A stretch of 64,000 bases of DNA from Eledone cirrhosa (lineage: Eukaryota): the NCBI GenBank assembly GCA_964016885.1, contig OZ024743.1, forward strand, positions 45,446,001 through 45,510,000, written 5' to 3'. Shown here one piece after another: positions 38,519-53,509 of this stretch. Made by a program: the position numbers and the translations under genes. The notes beneath the pieces are model-generated. The model was given only the letters and a program-made list of their open reading frames with translations, was not told where the DNA came from and did not search any database. The number at the start of each line of letters is the position of its first letter. Position 1 is the stretch's first letter.

Positions 38519-39748
38519 GGACGAATATATAAATATACGCAATTCCCTTATAGTATTTTAGCCGCCTTTCCGTATGACATTTCCTATTTATATTTCATAT
38601 GTTGACAGAGAGTGACGTTCTGTCAAAGTCCATTTAATGAAACGGGAAATACTTGCCAGTTGAATCATTTCTCCATCTATTTTCAAATCAAATTAATTAT
38701 TTAATTAGGGCAATTTTCATCAAGATAAAGTGACTTACATATGCCAGACCTCTCAATCTACAGCACTATTATAGATAAATTTCTGCAAACTGTACTACCT
38801 AATCAGAGCCAAAAATCTATTCTGCTTTTTGTTGATAGCCTTGTATGAATCACAATTATGACCCTCACTTTAGTACGTCAATGTTTTAAGTCTAAAAGGT
38901 ATACTATAAATGATTTCGTATTAAATGAAAGTAAATGATTTCATGGTTAGACTGTTGTGCTCACAATCGTAAGGTTTGGTTCCTTCAGTTTGGTTCCTGC
39001 ACCATCTACGCTTTGTGTTATTCTAGCAATGTACTTTGTTTCATATTACTCAAGTCCACGCAACTGGAATCGGCATTTACCTTTCCTTTAGACAATATAG
39101 AGTGGAGAGAAGGATACTGGTATTGCATGGACAACTGCTAGTCTTCTAAAAATCAACTTGTCTAAGCATATTGGAGAACTTTCCATGTTAAAATCCATGT
39201 ATAATGAAATAAACTTCATATCTCAAATGTCAAAATTCATATTAAATACAATATTTTAATATGTATCCTTGAATGTATCTTGACTAATATTTGTGTGATA
39301 TCTCATCAGATCTTTATATAAGTTACAATATATATAAGTTACATATTTCTGGCATCTGGGTGATCGCGGTTAAACTTGTTTATCTCTCATAGATTAGATC
39401 TATAGTAATATGATGTTTTGGCGACCTTTAGCTGTTATATATATCATCAGTTGACCGACCAAGTTAACTCGATGCAACAGTTGTTTTAAGAATTTAGGTC
39501 GTTTAGCTTTACATTAGTTCTGGTCGTGTAAGTGATGAGAAAGCTATTCACAGATTCCTAACGGTATCTACATATGAACCACAATAAATCACAAATAATT
39601 TCTTGCGTCTCTAATTTTATTTATTATTAAATTCACGCTTAGCTAATTCAATAGCGTATTTTAGGTGCATATAGATCATTTCGTTACCACTTATTAACAA
39701 TCCACAGTAATTATTCAACATCTAGTACACGACATTCAAGAATTTCGT

Positions 39749-40320
39749 ATCTAAACTATAATAAAGTAAGGAGTGCGGGACTGCGAACGGTTTGATTCTT
39801 TTAATCCAGTTAGTAAAATAAGTTGGATTACTTTGAATAAATAATTGTTTCTACTTTTGGCACAAGGCCATCAATAACCCAGTGTATTACTGGTACTTTA
39901 TTTTATCGACCCCGGAAGGATGAAAGGCAAAGTTAACCTCGCTTTTTTAAAATAAATTTTTGAATAAATAATGAATGAATATTACATAATGTATCTACTA
40001 AATGTCGTAGCTGTTGATTAAATATATTATATTTCTTATTTAAAGATTCACTTCTTTAAAATTTTCAAATGTCAACACTTCCGGTTACCGATCGCTTAAA
40101 TAAACATTCATATATTTCCGTCACTAATTTTCTCCTAATGCAGTTTATATATAATATCGTCTTTTTTTAATGTATCATGGATTACGTTACTGATTACATA
40201 AGAGAGTGTAACACAGTCTTCGTTCAATTTCTGTGGATATTGTCAATTACGATTTTATTTGATGTATTATATGCGTATAATATCAATATGCACATTAAAA
40301 AGGGGTGGTTTTCTGCTTGT
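39749..40320. repeat. ~470 bp dispersed repeat, copy 1 (opposite orientation to 55745-56225 and 58092-58568), interrupted by a SINE fragment at 39845-39942
   Basis: Shared catggattacgttactgattacataaga and flanking sequence. Confidence 0.9.
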
Positions 40321-43300
40321 ATACGTTAATGATACTAGATCCCTATTATTCATAACGATTAATCTAGGTCTGTATGTTTTATGTACATACATGTTTGAGA
40401 GATTCTAAAAAAAACCTGTACTACAACTCATCAGTTTTCAAACCTGAATCATTTTATTATGATCTTATTTGCTCTGTCACGGATGAATATATTGCTAGTC
40501 TATCACTAGTTTAGTGTACTAATATTCAGTTCTTTACACATAACAATATTCAAATTGTTAGAATACAATATCGTAAAGTTATGGCGTCAATAGCATCATT
40601 TTGAATATTCTGCAGTATTTAGTTTCATTTCAATACATTTTACTTTAAATCCCACACTGACCTAATTGTTTCTAGCACAGAAAAAGGTGTTAATGCAATG
40701 ATCTCGATCCACCTGATTATACACCTACCCTTCACCTTACAATCTTTTTTTTGTTTGCAAGTAGTTGAAAGTAACGAACATTTTCTTGAGAGGTTATGTG
40801 TACTGAGCAACAGTATAATTATATATAGGGATATAATTCCATGTAGTTGTATAAAATAGAGTGAATACTCCATGTAACAAGTTCTGATAGTTTCAACAAA
40901 TAGATATTCTCAACAAAAAAAAGCATAATAAATCTTATCAAGGGTCATGAGAGAGAAATGGACAAAGACTGAAGAAAGTGGTTTCTAGTAAATCGATAAT
41001 TATTCAAACGATCTGCTTACCGAGCAAAACGAATGATCTGCTTCTTTTCGTTTCCCACACAGCGGTTGTTGCCTTGATCTATTGATAAAAGTGTTTAAAT
41101 TAATACAAACGAGGAAATAATTGTGCTCTTCAATGCATTTGTATATATCCACACAAAAGCGTGAAAATTCTACAGTAGTTTCTCACACATTCAATTCAAT
41201 CATCGTTGCCGCTAGATTTCACCCGTTCTTCACCTCAAGATATGTTATCATCGCAGCTGTTTGTGTAATCATGTGATGTTTCTTATTCTCAACATTCGTA
41301 TTTACTTTTTATTTTATTCTAGCTTTTTATTTTATTCTTGCAACGAGCAATGCATTGCAGTTTCTCACTTAGTTAAATACTGATGAGACAATCTTAATCT
41401 CCATATATCACTTCATTCATTTCAACACTCCTAATATCTCTTATCTCTGACGCCGTCTGTATATCTTCGCCAATATAATACAGAAAATTGTAGATTTTAT
41501 TATTTCAAATGCTAACGTAAAATATTTAAACGACCTTCAACCCATAAATCCATTATAATCTTAACATATCTCATCAATGCTAACACTATAAAGTCTCATA
41601 ATTTTCAGCGTTTATTTCAGAAAAAATATAAAAAATACAAAATATACGGAATACCAGATATCAAAATACAAATTTCAAATGCAACGTGAAGCTACTAGTA
41701 GCATTATACTTCTAACAAAACCAATATGTAGCTCAAACTTAGATTACATGTATTTTATATGAAACACGGATTTATTTCCAAGAACCAATAATAACTATAG
41801 CTGTTAATATCAAACACCATACATCGCTACATGACCACGATGAATTAGTAATGACAGAACTCCTTGTACAATAAATGTATAACATTATTTCTTCCAGCCT
41901 CAAATGCTGACGTAATGTTTTCTATATCATATGGTCTTATGTCGGATAAGCGGCGAATCGGAAACGTCGTTAATATGTCAGATAAAAGGCTTTGCGGTGT
42001 TCATTCCGGCTCTCTGCCCACTGAGTTCAGATTCCACCGGGGTTAACTTTGTATTTCATAGTTTCGAGGTCCGTAAAACAGTAGGAGTCCAGTACTGGAG
42101 TATATTTTTCCTCTATATCTCTTTTCCACTCCCTGTCTACTACTTTGTTTATCTCCTTCTCTGAACGAAATCGACGGTGTTCAGGCCTGGTGAGGGTTGT
42201 TTTCAGCTACGTTAAAAATGCCCTAGACACACTGTATGTCACTACCTCGTGCCTCGGGCGTTGCAGGTACATACTTGATTAAACAGCAAAAGCAAAGTAG
42301 TAAATAATACTGAGTCAGACATAGGAAGACACAAGAACAGACAAGAAATTCTTCTGACTATTTATTATACATATACACAGTGGCGGACTTGGTCTAAAAA
42401 TATTGGTTGCCAGGAGATGAAGGGGGCCCACCTACATATAGAATGCTATCATTTAATTTGTATAATGAATAAATAACATTTTCAAAAAATACATAAGTGG
42501 AAACAAAACAGTGCAATCAAATTTTTGCGGAAAAATATCTTACCTTCTCCAATAAAAAATATGTATTTCGCGAAATCCAGAGACTTTCAATAATGACCAG
42601 AAGTCAACCCTAAGTAAAACTAATAGCTCTAGGAAAGCCATGAACGACACCACATCTTTTTAACTTTGATTTTGATAGTAAGTTTATAATTATCAATTTT
42701 CGTTACAGTTTTGTAGCTGTCTCGATGGCCTAGTTGGTTGAATCATAGACGGTGGTGATCCTTGTCTGAAGTTGGACTACCATAAAAGGTAAAGTAGGTG
42801 TCAGCTAGATTTGAACTCAGCGTTCAGAAGACTAGAATAAATACTGTACATAATTCCATCCGACGCTCTAACGACTCAGACAATGTACTGCCTATATAGT
42901 TTCATATATGTATTTGTTAATATTGATATTAGGTAGCGAATTGATAAAGTCGTTTGAGCGCCGAATGGGATGTTTCTTGGTCCTCGTTCCGGCTCTTTGT
43001 GTCGTGGTCAACATTGTCTTTCGTCCTTTTGAGGTCAATAAATAATGCACTGTCCAGTGTTGAGGGTCGATTCATATATATTTCACTCCCTCTCTCTATA
43101 TATATATGTGTGTGTGTACTCTCTCTTGAAAAAGAAATCGGCCGTGTAGAGGAATAAATTTAAATACCTACGACACGCCTACGGCACCCCAATGACTCAG
43201 TCAGAAGTTAACAGACCATAACACGTACACACTATTACACACACGAATGATATTTCAAACAATAGAAAAGTGAATAAATTTCAAATATGGTAGAGCGTAG

Positions 43301-43602
43301 CACTCAATATCTTTCAATCTGAAATCCAGAACTGTGTAAAACCTTTAAGATTCTGCTTCAACAGCATATTATTCAAAGGAAAGTAGGTTAGTTAAAATAG
43401 ATATAGTTATTGTAACGAAGGGGTCAAGCCCGATGTTTTTGAGATCATGCACTTCAAAAAATACAAGAACGATTACTCTAAAACAGTAACATATACGCAT
43501 GTGCACTGTCACACATATGTAATTGAGTAAGAAACATTTATTTATAAATTTCTATTTCGGCACAATGAGGCACAATAAACTGTAGAACTAACTGTGGAAC
43601 TG

Positions 43603-44078
43603 AAGCGATCATATAATAATTGTTTCTACATTTGGCACAAGGCCAGCAATTTGAAGGGAAGGGGAAAGTCGATTAAATCGACCCCAGTGCATTACTGGTG
43701 CTTTATTTTATCGACCCCGTAAGGATGAAAGGCAAAGTTAACCTCGTCAGGATTTGAACTCCGAACGTAACTCTATGCTGCAAAGCATGGTGTCCGACAC
43801 TCTACCAATTCTGCCAATCTTCCGCCCTAAGCGATCATATAATAATGGTTTCTTATATAGGCACAAGGCCAGCAATTCTGGGGGAGGGGAATCGATTAAA
43901 TCGACCCAAGTGCGTGACTGGTACTTTATATTATCGACCCCGTAAGGATGAAAAAGTTTACCTTGGCGGGATTTGAACTCAGATCATAAAGTGCCGTAAC
44001 TCTATGCTGCAAAGCATAATGTCTGCTGACCCGCTACCAATTCTGCCAATATACCGCCCTAAGCGATCATATAATAAC
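43603..44078 (-). mobile_element. Two tandem Nin/Deu-like tRNA SINEs bracketed by three copies of aagcgatcatataataa
   Basis: B-box gagttcaaatcc on the minus strand, gcctttcatccttacggggtcgataaa core; repeats at 43603, 43830, 44061. Confidence 0.88.
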
Positions 44079-44624
44079 AATGAACGTAATTCCGAAGCGA
44101 AAGTAAGAATTGTGTACTCCTGAAACGGCCAAACACTACTTCGAACATGTTAGATAGAATTGTGTACCTCCGTTTAACTGAAGCATAATATTTAGGCAAA
44201 AAACACGAGCACACATGATTGTGATATGATTGGCTGTCGTTAAATAATTAGACAATCACACAGCACCGGTTAGATAACAATCAATACGAGTTCAATACAC
44301 GACAATATGAAAGTGCCTATTCGTTAAGGTATTTGACCCACGATTGTAAAATTGGGAGTTCGATCTCCATTTGTGCATTTTCTCATAGAACAGGATATTT
44401 TATTTCACGTTACTCCAGTCCACTTCACCAGAAAAAAATATTGTTTTTACCTTAGAATTACGTTAAAAGTACACGTGTCTGTAGAATGTTCAGTCACTTG
44501 CAAACAAAGTTTATTGATCATACAACTAGAACACTTATCGTCGGAATCGATGGCGGTTCGATACATCCTATTGAACCGAGATATCTCCTGTTTTAGACGA
44601 AGGCATGACTGAACAAAGAATAAG

Positions 44625-44870
44625 GTCGGTGGACTGGCAGAATTGTTAAATCTTCGAACAAAAGTGCTTTGTGGTATTTAGTTGCAACTCTTTACGTTCT
44701 GTGTCGAAATCCAGCGGAGGTCAGCTTTGCCTTTCAACCTTCCAGAGTCGATATAATGAAATACCTCTTCAATACTGGGATCGATATAACAACCTTTTCA
44801 CCCCCCCCCCTCCCCCACACACACACACAAAATTGCTCGCCTTGTGTCTATGTTAGAAAGAATTATTTAA
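44625..44870 (+). mobile_element. Degenerate Nin/Deu-like SINE
   Basis: ggtggactggcagaattgtta...gtcgaaatccagcggaggtcagctttgcctttca. Confidence 0.75.
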
Positions 44871-45096
44871 GCAAGAATACATATATTTCTCTACCATATT
44901 CTCTCTTGTTTATCAATTCTACGAAGAGCCTACATTTGCACTGACCTTGCCATTTAACTTCAGTTCTTGACTTTATTTAACCAGTGTGAACAATAACTAT
45001 TTATAAAGTATTCTTGTTTCCATTCAAATCCCAAGAAGCGAAGCATTTTATTTTAGTGAAATTATAAATGAATTTACCTAAATATACAGGGAAATA

Positions 45097-45280
45097 ATTG
45101 TTTCTACTTTAGGCACAAGGCCAGCAATTACCCAGTGCATTACTGGTACTTTATTCTATCGACCCCGTAAGGATGAAAGGCAAAGTCAACCTCGGCGGGA
45201 TTTGAACTCAGATCGTAAAGGGACGTAACTATGCTGGAAAGCATGGCGTCCGACCCTCTACCGATACTGCCAATCCACCA
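45097..45280 (-). mobile_element. Nin/Deu-like tRNA SINE with 18 bp TSD aatatacagggaaataat
   Basis: TSD at ~45081 and 45280; A/B boxes on the minus strand. Confidence 0.92.
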
Positions 45281-45444
45281 ATATACAGGGAAATAATGTT
45301 CACGTGTAAGCTCCCCTTATATATAAATGTGTGTGTGTATGTGTGTACGCACACATACAAACATGTACACATGCACACACATGTTCATGAATATCTATGT
45401 GTAAACTATAACAATAGGAATATAGTTTTATAGTGGAATTGATA

Positions 45445-46060
45445 ATGGTTTCTAAATTTAACAGAAGTCAGCAATTTTTTTAGATTATTTTTATCAGCAC
45501 CTGTAAAGGTGAGAGGCAAGTTTGACCTCGGCATATTTTGAACTCATAACGTAAAGTAGCGAAACTGAATGACACGAGACTATTTTATCTGACGTTCAAA
45601 ATACTCAACTAAGTCACCACCACAGTTTGAGGGTGGAATTAATAATGATTTCTACATTTAGCACAAGGCCAGCAATTTGAAGGAAAGGTTAAAGTCGATT
45701 AAATCGGCCCCAGTGCGTTACTAGTATTTTATTTTATCGATTCCGTAAGGAGGAAATGCAAAGCTAACCGGAGAGAGGCGTGACCATATACTGCAAAGCA
45801 TGTTGTCCGGCGTTCTACCGATTCTGCCAGTCCACCGCTCTGTCGTTTCTGGTTTAGGCACAAAATCAACAATCTTTGGGGAGGGGAAATCTGATTAAAT
45901 CGACCACAATGCGTTACTGGTACATTATTTTATTGAATCCGCAAGGATGAAAGGCAAAGCTAACCTCGTCGGGACTCGAAGTCAAAGCATAAAGGGACGT
46001 GACCATATGCCGCAAAGCCTGATGTCTGACACTCTACTAATACTGCCAAACCTTTGCTGT
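45445..46060 (-). mobile_element. Three tandem older Nin/Deu-like SINEs
   Basis: Repeated tttct...gcacaa...tttatcga...aaggatgaaaggcaaag units. Confidence 0.8.
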
Positions 46061-46624
46061 GGAATTATCAATAAATCCTAGAAGGTAAAATACCACGATT
46101 ATTTCAGCCCTAAAATAGGGTCAAATAAGTTTCAATATCCGCTGATGCTAATCCCTTTACAATTCTAAAATTCCGGCATTGTTAATTTCTTTACAATGCT
46201 AATTTCTATTTCCTTTACATTTCTCAATACTGCACTTCAATGACAATTAATGTACCTTACTAATTAATTTACACATTGAAATTCCCTATATTGCTAATTA
46301 TTCTAAATATCTAATTGTATTATTTGGTATATTTTTAATTGCTTTGCACTCCTAAATTCTCTACAATACTAACTCCTCCATTTTGCTAATCCAGCAATAT
46401 TATTGATTCAGTTATATTGTAAATTAATCTTTATTGCTGGAGAGGTACTTATGTATTGAACCCAGAGCCGAGAGTCACGGAACAAACATCAAGACATCAA
46501 GTCCAACGGCCAATTATTTCTGCACTGGTAGTTAGTCGTCTATATGAAATGAATGGACTCAAAAAAGCACTCAATACATGTGGGAAAGTGACGTCCGAAT
46601 GAGTATCCTCCACTACCAACTAAC

Positions 46625-47225
46625 TTACCCTCAGTCTCTGTGTGTCTGCCGACAGGATGGAAAATGCATTGCCCCAGAAACGCGCTGGAACAGCCACTCC
46701 GCCTCGTGGGGCTCGCACCTGCGGGCGGCCACCTCCACTCTGATAGAAGTTAGTAGGGATTTGGTCCGGGGGGGGGGGGGGGGGGGGGCAAGAATGCCGG
46801 AAGTTTCCACTGATACAGGCCCTAACACAAACCTATCCGAGAGCGGCCGATACTTGGACAGTTTTCACTTTTTGGCCTGGCGGGCAGCAGTGCCTGGCAG
46901 ATAGTCGAACGTACCAGGTTGCCACTTGAGTAGGTGTCACAGCATGTGGCAACCCAGATGAGGAGCATATCCCACGAACGGGAATATTATCATGCCGTAT
47001 GCCCATTAGCCGTCACCTCGGTCCACCCTTGCTGGCTTGAACAGGGAAAGGAAGCCTGCGCCGTCCAGACCAACCTTTATGATCTCGTTGAGAGCAGCAT
47101 GGCGTGGGAGGTGGCCAGCACTGTAATGGTATGACAGTGGGTGGAGACCGAAATGATCTACAATGGTACCGCAGTGGCATTTGTGAGGCTCACAGACGTA
47201 GAGGCCGAGCATCAGGGAATAAAGT
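46625..47225 (-). pseudogene. CRE-like non-LTR retrotransposon C-terminus (Zn knuckle + restriction-like endonuclease)
   Basis: LGL..C.PHKCHCG..VD.FGLH.LS...AG...RH..LN.II...RGDG; PVSVETSG...WLFQRVS. Confidence 0.85.
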
Positions 47226-47314
47226 CATTGCGAAAATCATAACATTGCAATTACACTACATTTCTAAATCCCATTTTATTGCTAATTTATTGATATTATG
47301 AAACCCTCCACAGC

Positions 47315-47440
47315 GAGCGGTGGATTGTCAAATCCCGCCGAGGTTAACTTTGCCTTTCATCCTTACGGGGTCGATAAAATAAAGTACCAGTAATGCACTG
47401 AGATAATTGCTGGCCTTGTGCCAAAAGTAGAAACAATTAT
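47315..47440 (+). mobile_element. Nin/Deu-like SINE (internally deleted head)
   Basis: Core and tail match the other copies. Confidence 0.85.
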
Positions 47441-47698
47441 TAAACCCTCTACATTAGTAATCTTATAATTTTAATTACTGTGCATTACTAAATAGTATGC
47501 CCTGCAAAGGATTGTCCCTCGTCTCGATACAATCAATAAGTTCAGTGTCATAAATACAAGGAGAACAATGTTCCACCCTGACGTTAGTTTTTTCTTATTT
47601 TTCCAGACGAAACAATTTATTTTATTCTACGTTTGAACATTATATTTATCGTTACTCCTTGTCTGAAACTATACGTCACTTATGTTGCGAGTTGATAT

Positions 47699-47823
<125 letters not shown>

Positions 47824-48450
47824 TGTCTGTCTGTCTGTCTGTCTGTGTCTGCCTGTGTGTGTGTGTGTATGTGTGTGTATGTATGTGGGGGGGGGGGTAT
47901 GCCCGTGCGTGTGTGTGTGTGTCTGTGTGGGTCTGCCTGTGTGTGTGTCTGTCTGTGTGCGTCGCTCTGTCTGTGTGTGTCTGTGTGGGTCTGCCTGTGT
48001 GGGTGTGTGTGTGTGTTTAAACATTTCTGATAAATAATTTCAAATGTTTATTGATTAGTACACCTCTTGTCTTAAAGTACTCCATTTAAGATGTTACTGT
48101 ATATATAAACATTCTGATAGATAATTTTAACGAAAATCGACTTTTACAAAATTATTAAAATTTTTTTTTTTTTTTTTGTATTTATATTAGAATTTACTTG
48201 AAACTAAAAGTTTAATCTTCCGATTTAAGGATAATTAACGATGTTCAGGTAATGTCTAACAGTTTAAAACGTTCAATCAATTTCGAATAAGAAAGTAATT
48301 GATGATAGGTTGCAAACTTAGAAGAAATGTCAACTTTCTTAAGTAGATGGCTAATTTGCTGCCTGGCAAAATATTTCTTTACTCAACATAAGTCTGTCAG
48401 TTAATATGTGTATATATATATATATATAATTCAAATTAATGCAAATGAAA

Positions 48451-48525
<75 letters not shown>

Positions 48526-49379
48526 GTGAGAGTCATGTATCGTTTGAGAAACACAATATTCGTAATATTTTGTACTATAAAGCATATATTTAGAAAAAAA
48601 TACGTACATCAAAGTGGAAAAGTTCTTTTTCCTTATGGTACCATTTCATGATTCGTAGACCATAAAAATTGATCTAAGCAATCGATCATCGATAGTTACG
48701 GGAGATGTCAATCAATCATCAGAGGAAATTCGTCTTTGGATAAATTCCAATAGAGTGTAGAGTACAAAATACTTTTCTATCTGTCAGGACCCGATAGTTA
48801 GGCCAACACCATAGACAGCATGATGTAAGAACATTTTAACTATGGCAGCAGATATAAACAAGACTATGTCATGTTCACAGCTCGACATATTAAAAGTTTG
48901 GAGCAGTTATATACTAATTTTTATATATATATATATATATATATTTTATATCCAATTGAGTTCTTCACACGCAAGGTTAAAATTATTGAAAGAATTAATT
49001 GACCCGCGTGCATATTATTTTATTCTCTTATGTTTTGCGATGACCTCCCCTTTCCGCTTGATGGCAGTGTGAGATTCCTCATTGTGAGACTGCTGGAATT
49101 TCAAATTTGGCGGTCATTCTGGCACGCAAGGGCACCATCGCTGAACATTAATATCGGCAAGGGTTTTTTTTTATATCGATATTGTCGGGCATCCATTGAT
49201 GATTTATAAGTGCCCACCTACATATATTCCTACGGACTATGTGTAGGCTTCTACATAACCTGGACATTATTTTCCCAATTTGTAGAAAACTTATAATGAG
49301 ACAATTGTTTGGAAAGTGAGATGTATTTTAATTATGTCTCATATAAAGTATTACAACTGGCTATCCGCAAAATACGTAT

Positions 49380-49487
49380 AGTTAGCACCCCAAACGTAAA
49401 ATTGGGATTATACTAAGGTATATCCTAATGTTTGTTGAGTGAGACGGAAGCCGGTCGGAGTATTGCTTAAAGCTTTCTCTGTTAATG

Positions 49488-49529
<42 letters not shown>

Positions 49530-49736
49530 TAGTTGTAGGGTTACAATTAAATGCGTCCGTAGGCGGTATGCCGTTTGAGCACTCGATGGTCGTGCAGAGC
49601 AGAGTATATTATCTGAGGAACTTGCGAATGCAGTCGGGTTCGATCTGTAACAGATCCTGCCTTGAGCTGATCGTCGGAGAAACATATGTAATACGTTAAT
49701 AAATTGTGTTTTGATGCATTACTGATTCCTCGTTAT

Positions 49737-49745
<9 letters not shown>
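49380..49745 (+). mobile_element. Possible PLE-like terminus with HHR-like motif (CTGAGGA 49613 ... GAAAC-ATAT-GTA ~49692)
   Basis: Core motifs plus palindromic loop III; stem I only ~3 bp; ends in (TA)n. Confidence 0.4.
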
Positions 49746-49783
<38 letters not shown>

Positions 49784-49849
49784 CTGCGTGTGTGTGTGTG
49801 TGTATAATATTTATGCTGTGTGTGTGTCATGAAGGTTCCGATGGCCCAT

Positions 49850-50420
49850 ATTCTGGGGAACATAATATCGGTGATAAGAGGAGATGCTATTTTAACATGT
49901 GAAGAAGGGGTATGTGTCTAAGATGTATATATAGACCAATCCCTAATATGTTAGCTGTATTCCATAACAGATCTCAGTTGAGCCTTCTAAGTGGTCAGTA
50001 AATTATTTTTGTGGTTCAGTTTTTCCTGTTTATGTTGAAGATGTTAGACCCCATCTCCAGCATTCTTCGTGCTGAATATGCTTACCTTTTATTCTGACCT
50101 TGAAATTTTTAGTTGCTTACTTATAACACCAAATACTCAGGCTTCAGTGCTAGTGGAAGACCACACTGGATGTGTATTGATGTAGTTGCAGACACGCTCC
50201 ATACCCACATCATAGTAAGTGTTCTGGCTGTAAGCCTTGTTGCAGATCATCTATCAACTTCATATTTCGGCGAGGGTGGAGTGACCGAAATCTACCTCTG
50301 CACACATACCACTCTTCAGAATGAACTTTCAGTATAGTGTGTAGTCTGAACAGCTAGATGGAGATTATACATAAGGAATATGATATGTGGAATAACATTA
50401 GGAAGTGATGTATCGTTTCT
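49850..50420 (-). pseudogene. Highly decayed CR1/Jockey-type LINE RT C-terminus
   Basis: Minus strand LLTT*KAQLRSVMEYS*HI resembles the LYKAQ.RP.MEY.SH.W motif. Confidence 0.45.
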
Positions 50421-53400
50421 CGCTAAGATTTGAGTGCGATTAAATTTTTTTTAAAGTCTGAGAATATTTCAACGAGTTTAGTATTATTTGGAGGAATGTA
50501 TTGAAGGGTAGGTCACGATAACAAGAAGCCCTTGTCAGTAGCCTGGTCCGAATGCTTGCAACGCCGTGAACTCCGCTAAATGCAGTGATAAGCTTCGATA
50601 TATTAAACTATATACGTGCCTGCTTGACCGACTATATACAACAGGACTACACTACAACATATAAGGCATCATTGCGCACATTACGACCCAAGGTGAGACA
50701 GCAATGTGTTAGCAATGTCAAAACCAACCCGAAACAAAAGGTTATAAGAAGAGGGAGATAGAGGAGAGATATTGAAGGAGAGTGAGATAGATATACACTA
50801 CAGACCGCGGATTAATAAAGAGAGGTAGAAAGTGAACTGGAAAAAGAGAATGACAATTACAAAGGGGAGAAACTCGTTTCACGTTAACAATTAATATCAA
50901 GCAAATTACTTCAGCTATCTATAAATAGCGGTCATTAAAAAGTTCAAGTTAATATGTTTGATATAAAAGGGTCTTTTCAACTGATTATTGATTTAAAGTA
51001 GCAGTTCTGTGGTTGTGATTGTATAGCTGACTCCAATATGCACTAAATTAGAATTCTGAATCATCAAATAATCATGGTAAACGTCCTCTTTTTCGCAGCA
51101 TTCAATTCCTCAAGTAACTAGATGTATGACATTCTCTCCATGTCTGAGTGCTATATAAGCCACTAGAAATAACAGTCGGATTTTTTAAATGAGCGAACAC
51201 GTTTGATGATGGATTCTACGTTGGCTACGATGTGGAGAATTCCTTTTAGTCAAAGAGAGTTCAGGCGTACATAACTGTTCATTCCACAGAGATGTTTACC
51301 CTTAACTTAATTCCCAAGCCAAATCAGCGTCAGCATCGCATATGCGACACAATATATCAGCTGGTACGATATATCCGACGGGCTTTCCCACACTTTTCAT
51401 TTACCCAATTTCACACAGAAAGTTTGGGGCGACCCAAATGTATGGCAAAGAAACTTATGAAAAATGCCACGCAGTGAAATAAAACAGGAGATAAAGCTTT
51501 GGATCTCTTGATTGAAAAGTAAACGTCTCAGCCGTTTAGTTATGTCTACATCAACAACGTATCACATGATATAGTCTTAGATATACATTATCATTGTCAA
51601 TATCAACATTTTACATCCTCTTCTTTCATGTATACAGGAGATGGTTGCCTCCAGCCCAGTCTCTCGGCACTTGTCGTTACCCTTTGCTATCTCCTATGTG
51701 AGGTTCTCTTGAGACCAGCCTTCACAACGTTGTCTCATAGCTTCTTCTTCTGTACGTTCTTTCCACTTGGATCGCTTGGCACTCCACAAGCATCTCATGT
51801 CCATAGTAGCACTTCTTCCTCGCTTAAACACAATATCTGATTCGTCTTATGTTCAGTTATTTTTCTCTGACCTCATTTGTGCTCCTATGTTCAGGAACAC
51901 TACACATCCACTAAAATATGCTCCCTTTATATCTCTCCCGACTTTGTGTACTCCTAACATTCCTTTCCGATGTTTCAATATTACATAACATCGTACTACG
52001 TACACAGCCATCGTACAATCCGCCTTTTACTCATAGAATGAATATGTTAATGCCAGATCTTACGCTGGCTATTACTCATTCGGAGCCCGGATTTTCACTG
52101 CTAATTTTGTCCCCTAGATGATAGAAACTATCAACAGATTCTAAAAACCCTTCTGGGAAATAGAAAAGCTTCTACTACATATGAAATCTACCTTCTTTGC
52201 CTCTTTCAGCGTATCTCTCTCTCCCTCTCTCTCCCTCTCTATCCATCTTTCTCACTATCTCCCCTCTCTCTCTGTCTATCTCTCCCCTCTTCCCCTCCCT
52301 CCCTCTCTCACTGTCTCCCCCTTTCTCTCTCTCTCTCGTGCCATCCTTCAAGAAAACATAATCGCCATTTTGTTTATTAGGAACATGAAGCAACAACAAA
52401 CTTAAACGTAATGTTGATTAGGTGCTATTTATCTTCTTTACTTCACAATAATTCTGGGCTTTTCATTCGGTTTGATACATTACTTTTCATCTTCATCTCC
52501 TGAAAACCCAATATGGAACACAACCGCCATATTCTTTCTTGTTCTACTTCTTTGTTGTGGTTTCCTCCATCAACATCAATTTGTTACAAATACATGCTTC
52601 AGTGTTTATCATTAGAAATAGCAATATATTTATGTCAGACTTTCTTTGTGAATAACGCGATTATCTTCTTATAACTTCAATCGTACACGTTATATGTAAA
52701 ACTATTATTGAATCACAACATAAGTCTAATCCTTTGAGTACTTTCCCTTATAAACTAATTGCATCAAACTAAATGTACTTTTAAGTGCCACCATTTTAGG
52801 CTAATTCCATTAACGAATAGCAAGCTGGTTGGGTTTTCACGCAGAACAACCTCTATGTTTTCGAATAACCTTGCAATATTTGAATGTAAATTTGGACAAC
52901 GCCCAGTTGCTAATGCATTTGAGACTCAATATTCAGACAGTCAAAATGTGTCTTGGTATATATATTTAGACGGAAATGAAATATCTATGTATTTCAAACG
53001 GAAATATTAAATGTTTACTTGATTTTCTGCAGAAAATATCGGATAATTATCTTAAATTTATACAAACAGGTGCAAGCATGCTTGTGTGGTTAAGCAGTTC
53101 GCTTCGCAACCGCGTGGTTTCGGGTTCTGTTTTACTACGTTGTTCCTTAGGTTAATGTCTTTTTTATAGTTACTAGTCTCGTGGTTACAAAGGCATCGTG
53201 GATGAAACTGGGTAGGAAAAAAACTGTTTTTTGAAGCCTGTCAAAGTCACTACCAGTAATTGAAATAGCCAACTTTGTCACACACTGTGTCATACTGGGA
53301 ATGACAGTAAACTTACACGTGTATGTAAGATCTTCAGCCACTTGCATGTTAATTTCCCGAGCAGCTTTTCGCTGATCAAACAACTGGAACACTCCTCAAC

Positions 53401-53474
53401 GAAAATCCATTCAGTTCCATTCCTGTCTCATGTTCCACCACCACCCAACTCATACTAATAAGAATATAATCATT

Positions 53475-53509
<35 letters not shown>

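Noticed and set aside
42378-42660. hAT-like terminus CAGTGGCGGA
   Set aside because: No matching opposite end or transposase found.
45190-45280. tRNA genes (A/B boxes here and at 54190-54258)
   Set aside because: They are SINE heads with downstream cores and TSDs; no full cloverleaf.
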